The notes below the pieces were generated by a model. The model was not told where the DNA came from. It saw only the letters and a program-made list of their open reading frames with translations, and did no database searches. DNA of 64,000 nt. Source: Desulfurococcaceae archaeon. GTDB lineage: Archaea > Thermoproteota > Thermoprotei_A > Sulfolobales > NBVN01. Every line of letters starts with the position of its first letter. Position 1 is the first letter of the stretch. Made by a program: the position numbers and the translations under genes. Shown here piece by piece: positions 9,557 to 19,288 of the stretch. Location of the stretch: NCBI GenBank assembly GCA_020833415.1, contig JAJHQJ010000001.1, positions 10,516-74,515 of the forward strand, read 5' to 3'.

Positions 9557-10543
9557 CTATAGGTCTACGTACCTACCCACACCCCTCCTCAGAGCCTCCC
9601 TATAGGCTACAGCAGCTGCTGCAGCGTCCTGAATCGCTAGGCCGACGCTCTTGAATACCGTTATACCCTCGTCGGTTAACCTCCCCCTCCTCCTACCCGA
9701 GGCTACCTCCCCCAGTTCGCTAACCCTATCCAGCGTTAGTATACCCCTCTCCACCGGTATCCTTATATCGCCGGTCTCGAGCATCACAGCCTCGCGGGAG
9801 TCCACCACTACGGTCTCGGCTAGGGATATAGCGTCGTCGTCTAGGGCCCTGGCATCCCTCATGTGGGCACCTATGGAGATCACGTGCGTAGGTCTACTGA
9901 GGTACCTACCCTCTATGACCGGCGTCCTCGTGGTGGTAGCCTCTATGACCACCCTAGCCCCCTCTACGGCCTCAGCAGCGCTCCTACACTTAACCACCCT
10001 GAAGCCCAGGGACTCCGCGTACTCCTTAAACGACTCCGCAGCAGCCTCCCTAATATCGTATATCCTAACCTCATCGGTCCTGTAGACGTAGGAGACGAAC
10101 CTAAGCTGGTACCTAGCCTGGTAACCCGTACCTACGATAGCTATAGGCCCCCTCTCCCTCGGAGCCATGTACTTAGCTGATACGGCACTAGCAGCACCTG
10201 TTCTAAGAGCTGTTAGAACACCACCATCCATTACGGCCAGGGGGCTACCCGTGGTGGGATCGAAGAGGTTTACTATAGCCTGGATGGTGGGTAGACCCCT
10301 CTCTAGGTTAGCCGGGATAACGTTAACTACCTTAACCCCAACCCCGTAACCAGGTACGTAGGACTGCATAACCCCCCACCAGTTACCCTCGACCCACATA
10401 ACGGTCCTGGGAGGTGTTACCGTACGGCCCTCGGAGAACGCCACGAAGGCCCTCTCAACCTCATCTATCAGTATAGCGGGGCTGAGTAGCTCCTCAAGCT
10501 CCCTCCCAGAGAGTAGTAGAACCCTCGGCAAGGGATTCACCAC
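9557..10543 (-). CDS. ornithine cyclodeaminase / mu-crystallin family protein (archaeal alanine dehydrogenase-like)
   Basis: 328 aa, Rossmann motif IVGTGYQARYQL, overall OCD-family layout. Confidence 0.75.
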   Translation of the reverse strand: MVNPLPRVLLLSGRELEELLSPAILIDEVERAFVAFSEGRTVTPPRTVMWVEGNWWGVMQSYVPGYGVGVKVVNVIPANLERGLPTIQAIVNLFDPTTGSPLAVMDGGVLTALRTGAASAVSAKYMAPRERGPIAIVGTGYQARYQLRFVSYVYRTDEVRIYDIREAAAESFKEYAESLGFRVVKCRSAAEAVEGARVVIEATTTRTPVIEGRYLSRPTHVISIGAHMRDARALDDDAISLAETVVVDSREAVMLETGDIRIPVERGILTLDRVSELGEVASGRRRGRLTDEGITVFKSVGLAIQDAAAAAVAYREALRRGVGRYVDL

Positions 10544-10598
10544 ATCTACTCTACGTTAGATAGGTAATATAACTAGGATGAGGCTTCCTGGACAAGAG

Positions 10599-10606
10599 TT
10601 TTAAAG
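10599..10606 (+). promoter_or_regulatory. TATA/A-box (TTTTAAAG) for tRNA-Thr(GGU)
   Basis: 24-31 nt upstream of the tRNA 5' end. Confidence 0.5.
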
Positions 10607-10629
10607 CCACCTGCACAGAACTTAGCGGA

Positions 10630-10703
<74 letters not shown>

Positions 10704-10812
10704 TCTCCAACTCCCTAGATAGGGAGAGCAGAGTAACTAACTTGCTAGGTGGCGGAGTGCTTATAAGCCCAGCACTCCTAAGTGGGTTGGGCATACGAGC
10801 GTAGTACTCGCA

Positions 10813-11484
10813 ATGGACGAGGCACCTCTTAACCTTATGGGTAGCCCCACTTATCTGGAGGAGCTTCTCGGGAGGTTCGCCGGGGTTAAGATAGGGCTAC
10901 CACTACTACTCGAGAGGGGTCCCGAGGAGGTTAGAGCTATAAACAGGGTAGCGGATAGGCTGGGTATTATGAAGATAGCCGACTTCAAGCTAGCCGACAT
11001 AGGTGACGTCATGGCTAAGTCCCTGGAGGGTATTAAGAAGTTGGGCTTCGACGTAGCCATTGCCCACGCGTTCGTAGGGGTTAGAGGGGGTCTGGAGGTC
11101 CTGGTCAACAGGGCTAGGGACCTGGGCATTAGGGTAGCCCTGGTGGTGTCCATGAGTCACGAGGGCTCTAGGGAGTTCTACGATAGGAACCTCAGGGACT
11201 TCCTAGAGGTAGCCAGGAATCTGGGTGTGTGGGGTTTGATAGCCCCAGCGACCAGACCCCAGGTAATTAGGGAGTGTAGGAGGTTCCTGGGCAGTACCTT
11301 CAAGATACTCTCACCCGGGGTAGGGGTCCAGGGGGCCGAGTTCGGCTCAGCCATATGCGCGGGGGCTGACTACGAGATAGTGGGTAGGTACGTACTCAGA
11401 TCCCCCGACCCCGTTAGAGCGGCCTCCGAGGTTGTCGAACTAGTTGCGCAGAGGGGTAGGGAGTGTCGCACGAACTATGCCTAG
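10813..11484 (+). CDS. pyrF: orotidine 5'-phosphate decarboxylase
   Basis: DFKLADIG active-site motif. First gene of a pyrF-E-K-D cluster. Confidence 0.85.
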   Translation: MDEAPLNLMGSPTYLEELLGRFAGVKIGLPLLLERGPEEVRAINRVADRLGIMKIADFKLADIGDVMAKSLEGIKKLGFDVAIAHAFVGVRGGLEVLVNRARDLGIRVALVVSMSHEGSREFYDRNLRDFLEVARNLGVWGLIAPATRPQVIRECRRFLGSTFKILSPGVGVQGAEFGSAICAGADYEIVGRYVLRSPDPVRAASEVVELVAQRGRECRTNYA

Positions 11485-12050
11485 AGGCTGTAAGGCTCGG
11501 GCTGGTCAAGTTCGGTAGGTTTAGACTATCCTCCGGGTTAGAGTCCAGCTACTACGTAAACTTCCGGGAGTCCCTACTGATACCGAGGTACGTGAAGAAC
11601 CTAGCTAGGGAGCTCGGCGCCCGCATAATCGAGGAGGGGGTGGACGCCCTAGTGGGGGTAGCTGTAGCCGGGGCTCTAATAGCCTCCTACATCGGCGCCC
11701 TCTACGACCTACCGGTAACCTTCGTGAGGAGCGAGCCGAAGAACCACGGCCTAGGTAGGGAGGTGGAGGGTGATGTAGGGGGTATGGAGGTGGCTATAGT
11801 GGACGACGTACTAACCACTGGAGGTACTATAGGTAGAGCCTACGAGTCCCTAGTCCGCGCCGGGGCTAGGCCTAAGCTAGCGGCGGTGATATTCGATAGG
11901 CAGCAGGGTGGTGGTAGAGTAGTTAGGGGGCTGGGCCTTAAGCTAGTCTCCCTATGCCGTATCGCAGATGTAGCTAGGGAGGCCCTGAGGAGGGGGTTGA
12001 TAACTGAGGAGCAGTTCTCCCTGATAATGTCCCAGGTGACTGAGGATTGA
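11463..12050 (+). CDS. pyrE: orotate phosphoribosyltransferase
   Basis: PRPP-binding loop VAIVDDVLTTGGT. N-terminal FGRFRLSSGLESSYYV. Confidence 0.85.
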   Translation: MSHELCLEAVRLGLVKFGRFRLSSGLESSYYVNFRESLLIPRYVKNLARELGARIIEEGVDALVGVAVAGALIASYIGALYDLPVTFVRSEPKNHGLGREVEGDVGGMEVAIVDDVLTTGGTIGRAYESLVRAGARPKLAAVIFDRQQGGGRVVRGLGLKLVSLCRIADVAREALRRGLITEEQFSLIMSQVTED

Positions 12051-12769
12051 GTTACGTACCTGCCGAGGTACTGAGCAACGTCAACGTCTACGGGCAGTAC
12101 TTCCTCGTGACACTGAGGGTACTACGTAACTACAGGAGGCCCCCACTACCACCCCAGTTCGCCATGGTCTGGGTACCGGGTGTGGACCTACTACCCCTTA
12201 GCTATGCGGTAGCGTCCGGGAGGATTGTGGGGTTCTTCTACAAGGTAGTCGGTGAGGGGACCAAGGCGCTATCTACGAGGTCTAGGGGTGATGTTGTGGG
12301 GGTCTCCGAACCCCTGGGGAGGTGGTACATGCCCCGGGGGAGGGATGTGGTGTTCCTAGCCGGGGGCGCAGGTATAGCACCCTTCCTACTCTACCTAGAG
12401 TACGTGGAGGAGCCCAGGGGTCTGTGGGGGGTTAGACAGGGTGAGCTAGCCGCTAGGTTAACGAAGCTCTTCCCCAAGCTCGGGAAGCTAACAGTAACCA
12501 GTGAGGACTGTACGTACGGACTCTGCGGTAAGCTTACGGATCACCTAGATAGGGTTACCGTAGGTAGAGACACCGAGGTCCTGGTCTCGGGTCCTAGCGA
12601 TATGATACGGAAGGTCTGCAGGAGGTTTAGAGACCTAGGGCTCGGTAGGGTGGGGGTGGTAGCTGAGTCCATGGTTAAGTGCGGTATAGGGGTCTGTGGT
12701 AGCTGCTTAGTGGGTAGCGTACTGCTCTGTAAAGACGGACCTGTAGTTGGGTGTGAATGTTTTGTATAA
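12047..12769 (+). CDS. pyrK: dihydroorotate dehydrogenase electron-transfer subunit
   Basis: C-terminal 2Fe-2S cysteine cluster CGIGVCGSCL...C, FAD/NAD-binding-like body. Overlaps pyrE and pyrD ends. Confidence 0.75.
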   Translation: MSYVPAEVLSNVNVYGQYFLVTLRVLRNYRRPPLPPQFAMVWVPGVDLLPLSYAVASGRIVGFFYKVVGEGTKALSTRSRGDVVGVSEPLGRWYMPRGRDVVFLAGGAGIAPFLLYLEYVEEPRGLWGVRQGELAARLTKLFPKLGKLTVTSEDCTYGLCGKLTDHLDRVTVGRDTEVLVSGPSDMIRKVCRRFRDLGLGRVGVVAESMVKCGIGVCGSCLVGSVLLCKDGPVVGCECFV

Positions 12770-13679
12770 GTCAGAGCTCAGCGTAGTGGTAGGAGGTTTA
12801 AGTCTTGAGCACCCGGTTATGAATGCTAGTGGTATCCTCGGCTACCTGCCGGAGCACGCGGATATCATGGCCTCCTGGGGGGTTTCAGCGATCGTATCGA
12901 AGACCTTTACTAAGGAGCCTAGAGCTGGCTACAACCCGCCGATAGTCATTAAGGTCAGGTACTACAGCCTACTCAACGCGGTAGGGTTAGCCAACCCGGG
13001 TATCGGCGGTATAAGACCCTTCGTCGAGAGGGCTAGGGGGTACGGGGTACCGGTAGTAGTCAGCGTCGGGGGTGGGAGCATCCCGGAGTACGTTGAGGTA
13101 GCTGGGGCGGCTGAGGACTGCGGGGCTAGTGCTGTAGAGCTAAACCTGAGCTGCCCCAACGTAGAGCGCGGGGGGATCGAGTTAGGTAGGGACCCGGCGC
13201 AGGTACTCAAGGTAGTTAGGGATGTCGCATCAGTAGTTAGGGTACCCGTTGTAGTGAAACTCGGTGTTAGCGATAGACTGGTGGACTCCGCGTCTAAGGC
13301 TGTGGAGGGGGGAGCTAGGGCTCTAACCCTAATAAATACCGTTAGGGGTATGAGTATAGACGTATACTCCTTTAAACCACTACTCTCAAACATCTCCGGA
13401 GGACTTTCAGGTGCCTCTATACACCCGATAGCTGTTTGGGCTGTCTACACAGTCTTTAGGGAGGTCCAGGCGGATATCATCGGAGTCGGGGGTATACTAA
13501 CCTGGAGGGATGCTGCGGAGCTCATACTAGCCGGTGCGAAGGCTGTTCAGGTAGGGACAGCCCTAGTCTACAGAGGACCTGGGGTAGTTAGGTCGATAGT
13601 TAGGGGACTTAGGCTGTGGGTAAGGAGGGTGGGGGCTAGGTCTATCACAGAGCTCCCGGGGGCTGCCCACAGGGTTTAG
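12747..13679 (+). CDS. pyrD: dihydroorotate dehydrogenase catalytic subunit (class 1B)
   Basis: TIM-barrel DHOD motifs (NASG, LNLSCPN, GGI...DA). Sits downstream of pyrK. Confidence 0.85.
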   Translation: MGVNVLYKSELSVVVGGLSLEHPVMNASGILGYLPEHADIMASWGVSAIVSKTFTKEPRAGYNPPIVIKVRYYSLLNAVGLANPGIGGIRPFVERARGYGVPVVVSVGGGSIPEYVEVAGAAEDCGASAVELNLSCPNVERGGIELGRDPAQVLKVVRDVASVVRVPVVVKLGVSDRLVDSASKAVEGGARALTLINTVRGMSIDVYSFKPLLSNISGGLSGASIHPIAVWAVYTVFREVQADIIGVGGILTWRDAAELILAGAKAVQVGTALVYRGPGVVRSIVRGLRLWVRRVGARSITELPGAAHRV

Positions 13680-14592
13680 GGTTTGAGATGGCTGTAGAGA
13701 CCGGACAAGAACTCTATGACTACCTTAGCTGCCAGCATGGAAGTAACCATAGAGGGGTCGTATGGGGGTACTACCTCAACTACGTCGAGAGCTACGAACT
13801 TACTACTCAGGATCTCGGGTAGGAGGTCTAGGATGTCGGACGGTGTTAGGCCATCGGGTTCGGGGGTTGCAACACCCGGTGCGAAGGCTGGGTCGAAGAC
13901 ATCCATATCTACCGAGATGTAGACAGCCCTACAGCTACTTACGTAGTCTGAGAGTACTTGAGCAACGTGCTTCAGCCCCAGCTTCCTGAAGGTCCTGGTC
14001 GGTATGTAGCGTATCCTACCCTCCCTCAGCTTCTCGTACTCCTCACGACTTACAGCTCTAGTCCCAACCAGTACTACCGAGTCCCTACCGAGGACCTCCA
14101 CCAGTCTACTAACAACACAGGCGTGGCTCATCCTGCTACCCATGTACTCGTTCCTCAGGTCGGCGTGGGCGTCGAATACCACTACGCAGACGTTCTTGTA
14201 GTACTCTCCAGTAGCTCTAGCGGTACCGTAGGTTATGGTGTGCTCGCCCCCTAGGAATACCGGTACCCTACCCAGTGAGAACAGGTACTCTGACACCATC
14301 CTCACCACCTCCAAGGCCCTCTGGAGATTCTCATGGGCTACTACGATATCCCCCTCATCTACGTAAAGCACGCTCTCCAGGTCGACGCCGAACCTCATGG
14401 AGAAGTACTCGAGGTTCTGGGCGGCCAACCTTATGTACAGGGGCGCCAACCTGTAGCCGGGCCTGAAGGACGATGTCGCGTCGAGGGGGACTCCAACTAT
14501 ACTGAACGGCGTTTTACTGCGGTCCCCGCTAAACCCACCGAAGGTATACGGGGATCTTGCTATGAATACCTCCGCAGGGTGCGTAATCCCAC
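13676..14592 (-). CDS. speB: agmatinase (ureohydrolase family); conserved N-terminus is 1 nt out of frame with the promoter-proximal GTG
   Basis: FDAHADLR and SVDMDVFDPAFAPG metal-binding motifs. The conserved frame stays open to 14602 (FSIVGVPLDATSSFRPGYRL) but has no ATG/GTG/TTG upstream of the TTG at 14449. See findings. Confidence 0.8.
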
Positions 14593-14615
14593 CGAGAAAG
14601 AGCTAGGCAGTAGCC

Positions 14616-14622
14616 TATTAAA
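14616..14622 (-). promoter_or_regulatory. TATA box (TTTAATA on the minus strand) for speB
   Basis: 24 nt upstream of GTG 14592-14590, a spacing that fits a leaderless transcript. Confidence 0.45.
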
Positions 14623-14732
14623 GTAGCTGGATAGACAACGTAGGTCCGAGGACGGAACTAACTTAACGAACTAGGCTGAGCTGGCGGAGGACTATATAGG
14701 GCTTGAGTACGGTAGTAGAGAGGTAGTGGGGT

Positions 14733-16556
14733 ATGCATCAAGCTAAGCTCAGGTCCCCGATAGTTACGGTACTGGGTCACGTAGACCACGGGAAGACGAC
14801 GCTACTCGATAGGATCCGGGGTACGGCCATAGTTAAGAAGGAGCCGGGGGAGATGACGCAGCATGTCGGTGCGTCCTTCGTACCTCTATCGGTTGTAGAG
14901 AAGCTCGTGGAGCCCCTCAAGAAGCTCTTCCCGATAAAGCTAACGATACCCGGTCTACTCTTCATAGACACCCCGGGGCACGAGATCTTCGCAAACCTCA
15001 GACGCCGTGGGGGTGCTGTAGCAGACTTCGCTATAGTGGTCGTAGACGTTATCGACGGGGTGATGCCGCAGACTGTTGAGAGTATAGAGATACTCCTAAG
15101 TAGGAAGGTCCCCTTCCTCATAGCTGCTAACAAGATAGATAAGATACGCGGGTGGAGGACGTACAACACGTACTCCTTCCTGGAGTCAGCCCGCGGGCAG
15201 AGCCCGGAGGTTCTCGAGGAGTTGGATAGGCTCATATACAGGTTAGTGGGACAGCTCTCGACCCTGTCAATACCCTCCGAGAGGTTCGATAGGATAAGGG
15301 ATTTCACTAAGTACATAGCTATAGTACCCATATCCGCGAAGACCGGTGAGGGGTTGGCTGAGCTGTTAGCGGTCCTAGCTGGCCTAGTCCAGAGGTACTT
15401 AACGAGGAGGATAGCGGTAGCTGAGGGACCGGCTAAGGGCGTAGTCCTGGAGGTTAAGGAGGTAACCGGGTTGGGGAAGTGTATAGACGTCATAGTATAC
15501 GACGGTATCATAGCTAGAGGGGATACCATAGTAGTTGGAGGTATTCCGGAACCCGTTGTAGCTAAGGTCCGAGCCCTACTAATGCCTAGACCTCTAGAGG
15601 AGATGAGGGTATCCGGGGCGGAGTTCGCCCAGGTCGATGAGGTAGCCGCTGCAGCTGGGGTCAGGATCGTAGCTCCCGGACTGGATAACGTAGTGGCTGG
15701 AGCACCCCTCTACGTAGCTAGGGGGGAAGGTGAGGTGGGTAGTCTAGTAGCTAAGGTTGCGGAGGAGGTCGGGCAGGTGAGGTTCCTTAAGAACATCAAC
15801 GGCGTGGTAGTTAAGGCGGATACCCTAGGTACTCTAGAGGCCCTAGTGATGGCTCTCGAACGTAGGGGGGTCCCGGTTAGGCTGGCGGACGTGGGTCCTC
15901 TGACTAAGAGAGAGGCACTGGAGGCCTCCCTAGTCTTTAAGCAAAATAGGTACCTAGGTGCTGTACTACTGTTCAACGTCGGAGTTCTCCAGGATGCTGA
16001 GGAGATCTTGAGGAGCGAGGGTATCCCAGTATTCAGGGACAACATAATGTACAGACTCATAGAGTCCTACGAGAAGTGGGTTAAGGAGGAGAAGGCTAGG
16101 GAAGCTGAGAGGGAGTTCTCCTCATTAAGTCTACCAGCTAAGATCCGCGTCCTACCCGGCTACGTCTTCAGGAGGAGCGACCCGGCTATAGTAGGTATAG
16201 AGGTTTTAGGGGGTGTGCTGAGACCTGGTAGTAAGTTAATGCGTGGTGATGGCAGGACCCTAGGGGAGGTTATGCAGATCCAGAGTATGGGTAAGCCCCT
16301 TCGGGAAGCTAGGAAAGGGGATCAGGTAGCGATATCGATAAAGGGGAACGTCATGGTGGGTAGGCACTTCGATGAAGGTGACGTTCTCTACACCGAGCCC
16401 AGTGAACGCGAACTCGAGCTACTCCTCGAGAAGTTTAGGGATAGGGTAACGGAGGACTTGGTGGACGTTATTAAGGAGGTCATAGAGATCGCTAGAAAGA
16501 AGGATAAGCTATTCGGCTATAGGTTAGAGCAGTACCTAAAGGGTCTGAGAAAGTGA
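14733..16556 (+). CDS. infB: translation initiation factor aIF5B (IF-2)
   Basis: SPIVTVLGHVDHGKTTLLD G1 motif, DTPGHE G3, NKID G4; 607 aa. Confidence 0.9.
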   Translation: MHQAKLRSPIVTVLGHVDHGKTTLLDRIRGTAIVKKEPGEMTQHVGASFVPLSVVEKLVEPLKKLFPIKLTIPGLLFIDTPGHEIFANLRRRGGAVADFAIVVVDVIDGVMPQTVESIEILLSRKVPFLIAANKIDKIRGWRTYNTYSFLESARGQSPEVLEELDRLIYRLVGQLSTLSIPSERFDRIRDFTKYIAIVPISAKTGEGLAELLAVLAGLVQRYLTRRIAVAEGPAKGVVLEVKEVTGLGKCIDVIVYDGIIARGDTIVVGGIPEPVVAKVRALLMPRPLEEMRVSGAEFAQVDEVAAAAGVRIVAPGLDNVVAGAPLYVARGEGEVGSLVAKVAEEVGQVRFLKNINGVVVKADTLGTLEALVMALERRGVPVRLADVGPLTKREALEASLVFKQNRYLGAVLLFNVGVLQDAEEILRSEGIPVFRDNIMYRLIESYEKWVKEEKAREAEREFSSLSLPAKIRVLPGYVFRRSDPAIVGIEVLGGVLRPGSKLMRGDGRTLGEVMQIQSMGKPLREARKGDQVAISIKGNVMVGRHFDEGDVLYTEPSERELELLLEKFRDRVTEDLVDVIKEVIEIARKKDKLFGYRLEQYLKGLRK

Positions 16557-17308
16557 AAGTAGTGCTACTGGGTTTCGGTGGCTGGCTCAGCGACCCCAGC
16601 TACGGTACTACATCGCTACTCCTAGTAGATGAGGATGGGGGTACGGTCATCCTAATAGACCCGGGTGAGGGGGTTCTAAGGGACCTACACCTCTGTGGGT
16701 ACGGGGACCTGCGGAGGATTAGAGCAGTCCTAGTAACACATAGACACGGTGACCACATCCTAGGACTCCCAACACTAGTCCAGTGGGCTAAGGTCCTCCA
16801 GCATAGGTTCACGGTAGTAGGTCCCCAGGATGCCCTCGGCTCCCTGAGGAGTATCCTCGAGGCTACTGGAGTCTCAAACTACGACCAATACCTAGAGCTA
16901 CTACCGGTAGATGAGGGTGCTCAGCTAACTCTAGGGGGTCTAAGGGTCTCGTTCTTGAGAACCCCGCACACGGTCCCCAGCTTAGCTATCAGGGTGGAGA
17001 GCCGGGGTAGGGATTGCCTAGTCTACAGCAGTGATACCGCCTACAGTGAGGACCTGGTGAACTTCTCTAGGGGCTGTAAGTTACTGCTCCACGAGGTTAC
17101 GTTCCTAGACGCGGACCCAATCCTACTTAGGAGGCTGGGCCACTCCACTGCCTCAGATGCTGTGAGGGTAGCTGAGGAGGCTGGTTGCGGTACCCTAATC
17201 CCGGTACACCTAGGTACATACAGTAGGGAGGATCTAGCAAGATACCTAAACCCCGCTGAAGGGCTGCAGGTAGTTATGCCAGAGAGGTGTCTAGAGCTGA
17301 AGCTTTAG
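16553..17308 (+). CDS. MBL-fold metallo-hydrolase (RNase Z-like)
   Basis: HxHxDH motif THRHGDHILGLP. 4-nt overlap with infB. Confidence 0.7.
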   Translation: MKVVLLGFGGWLSDPSYGTTSLLLVDEDGGTVILIDPGEGVLRDLHLCGYGDLRRIRAVLVTHRHGDHILGLPTLVQWAKVLQHRFTVVGPQDALGSLRSILEATGVSNYDQYLELLPVDEGAQLTLGGLRVSFLRTPHTVPSLAIRVESRGRDCLVYSSDTAYSEDLVNFSRGCKLLLHEVTFLDADPILLRRLGHSTASDAVRVAEEAGCGTLIPVHLGTYSREDLARYLNPAEGLQVVMPERCLELKL

Positions 17309-17347
17309 TCTTTAGGGGAGGTTAGTGTTTGATGTTCTGGAGTTAGG

Positions 17348-17355
17348 TTTATAAG
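17348..17355 (+). promoter_or_regulatory. TATA box (TTTATAAG) of tnpA, copy 1
   Basis: 24 nt upstream of GTG 17379. The same octamer precedes tnpA of copy 2. Confidence 0.5.
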
Positions 17356-17378
17356 CTCTGGTTCTGTTCCTACTACTG

Positions 17379-18035
17379 GTGTCAGCTGTTTCAGAGCCTT
17401 CGGAGAGGTTGCTGAGACCTAAAGAGGTCTGCCGGAGGCTCGGTATCAGCTACTCCACCCTATCCAGGTGGGTTAGGGAGGGTAGGATCAGGGCTGTTAA
17501 GACTGCTGGTGGTAAGTACAGGGTCCCCGAGAGCGAGGTTAGGAGGATTGCCGAGGGGCTACCAATAAGCAGGGAGGTCAGGGCAGTTATCTACGCACGT
17601 GTGAGCTCCTCAGACCAGAGGAGCGACCTGGAGAGGCAGGTGCAGTACTTGACGCAGTACTGCTCTTCTAAGGGTTATAGAGTCGTAGATGTTTTGAGTG
17701 ATGTTGCGAGCGGGTTGAAGACCGATAGAAAGGGACTATTGAAGCTCTTCAACTACGTTGTCAATAGACAGGTGGACATAGTTGTAATAACATATAGGGA
17801 TAGATTGACTAGGTTTGGCTTCGAGTACCTAGAGCACTTCTTTAACCAGCATGGCGTTAAGATCGAGGTTGTATTCGGAGAGGAACCTAAAGACGCCTAT
17901 CAGGAGCTCGTAGAGGACTTGATAGAGATTATAACGTCTTTCGCTGGAAAGCTCTACGGGATGAGGAGCCATAAGAAAAAGAGGTTGGTTGAGGGATTTA
18001 AGAGGTTGTTAGAGGAGGTTGAGAAGAGTGAGTGA
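17379..18035 (+). CDS. tnpA: IS607-family serine recombinase (MerR-like HTH plus resolvase domain)
   Basis: N-terminal HTH LRPKEVCRRLGISYSTLSRWV. Catalytic-serine motif YARVSSSDQRSDLERQ. Confidence 0.85.
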   Translation: MSAVSEPSERLLRPKEVCRRLGISYSTLSRWVREGRIRAVKTAGGKYRVPESEVRRIAEGLPISREVRAVIYARVSSSDQRSDLERQVQYLTQYCSSKGYRVVDVLSDVASGLKTDRKGLLKLFNYVVNRQVDIVVITYRDRLTRFGFEYLEHFFNQHGVKIEVVFGEEPKDAYQELVEDLIEIITSFAGKLYGMRSHKKKRLVEGFKRLLEEVEKSE

Positions 18036-19275
18036 ACTCACTAGGACAGTTATTGTGCCGAGCGTTAAGCTCTCTGAAAAGAAATTCAGGGTCTTTAAGG
18101 AGCTTGAAGAGCTCTACAGGCAGATACTCGCGGAGCTCGTGGACTACGGCTTTAGAAACAACATCGACTCGTTCACTAGGTTGAAGAGGGATAAGTACCG
18201 CGAGCTACGTAGAAGATTCCCGCAACTACCTAGCCACTACATCCACACTGCCTGCCAGGACGCCTCCACTAGGATTAAGAGCTTCAACAAGCTCAGGAAG
18301 AAGGGTTTGGCAAAGTCTGAAAAGCCTGAGGTCAGTAGGGTTAGTATTTGGCTAGACGACCACTTGTGGAGGCATATAGGGTACACAGCTATTCTCATCT
18401 ACACTCACAGAGGATGGATACCAGTAGAGCTGGTGCCTCACAAGCTGTACTGGAGGTACATTAACAATGGATGGGCTCTGAGAACGCAGCCAAAGGTAAA
18501 GATCGACTGCAAGCGCAAGAGACTGCTAATACACTTCGTGTTTGTCAAAACCACCAGTACTGGTAAAGACGGTGCCAAACGTGTTATTTCTGTTGACGTT
18601 AATGAGAATAACATAGCCGTCAAGGTTCTCGGTAAGGTGTATATCCTTGAGACGGGGATTAAGAGGATTACCATTGGATACGCTAGGTATAGAGAAGTTG
18701 TGCAGAGCGTTAAGGACAATGGATATGTCGGTAGAGCTATTCGTGGTAGAGAGCGCAAGAGGAAGAAAGATATTAGGTTGAAGATCGCGAACACGGTCGC
18801 CAATACTGCTAAGAACATCAACGCTGTGGTTGTATTGGAGAAGCTCCCCAAGCAGTGCCCGAGGAACATGATTAAAGGCGTTAAAGACCCAGCACTAAGG
18901 CATAGGATATACCAAGCAGGATTTAGAGGCATTGTTAGAGCTATTGAGGAGAAGTGCTTGGAAAGAGGAGTCCCCGTGGTTAAGGTAGACCCAAGAAATA
19001 CTTCCTCCACATGCCCATACTGCAGCTCTAAGCTGATGAGGGGCGATGCCCCGAGGCAACTCAAATGCCCTAGGTGCGGGTTTAGAGCTGGCAGAGATGT
19101 AATTGCAGTGTTAAACCTCGAGAAGAAGTATTCAACTTCCAAGGGGCTCGTGCCGTTGGCCCCGATGCCCCATGACCCCGCTCTTGAGGTAGTTGTACTA
19201 CCAATGAAGGAGTGGGCGAGGAGGAAGTCCCTAGATGCGATAAATAAACATGGACTAATGAGGATGAGCATCTAG
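18019..19275 (+). CDS. tnpB: TnpB (OrfB, IS1341-type RNA-guided nuclease family)
   Basis: RuvC-I SVDVNENN, RuvC-II VVLEKL, Zn finger CPYC...CPRCG followed by GRDVIAVLN (RuvC-III). Confidence 0.85.
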   Translation: MRRVSELTRTVIVPSVKLSEKKFRVFKELEELYRQILAELVDYGFRNNIDSFTRLKRDKYRELRRRFPQLPSHYIHTACQDASTRIKSFNKLRKKGLAKSEKPEVSRVSIWLDDHLWRHIGYTAILIYTHRGWIPVELVPHKLYWRYINNGWALRTQPKVKIDCKRKRLLIHFVFVKTTSTGKDGAKRVISVDVNENNIAVKVLGKVYILETGIKRITIGYARYREVVQSVKDNGYVGRAIRGRERKRKKDIRLKIANTVANTAKNINAVVVLEKLPKQCPRNMIKGVKDPALRHRIYQAGFRGIVRAIEEKCLERGVPVVKVDPRNTSSTCPYCSSKLMRGDAPRQLKCPRCGFRAGRDVIAVLNLEKKYSTSKGLVPLAPMPHDPALEVVVLPMKEWARRKSLDAINKHGLMRMSI

Positions 19276-19288
19276 GGACAAACGGAGG

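Noticed and set aside
14777-15529. Long antisense ORFs inside well-supported genes: 250 aa opposite infB; also 18438-19271 opposite tnpB, 5903-6391 opposite DUF460, 12962-13393 opposite pyrD, 9651-10085 opposite the OCD gene, 54075-54497 and others
   Set aside because: Each lies wholly within a motif-supported gene on the other strand. Their translations are S/T/P/L/R-rich low-complexity strings, typical of shadow frames in this codon usage.
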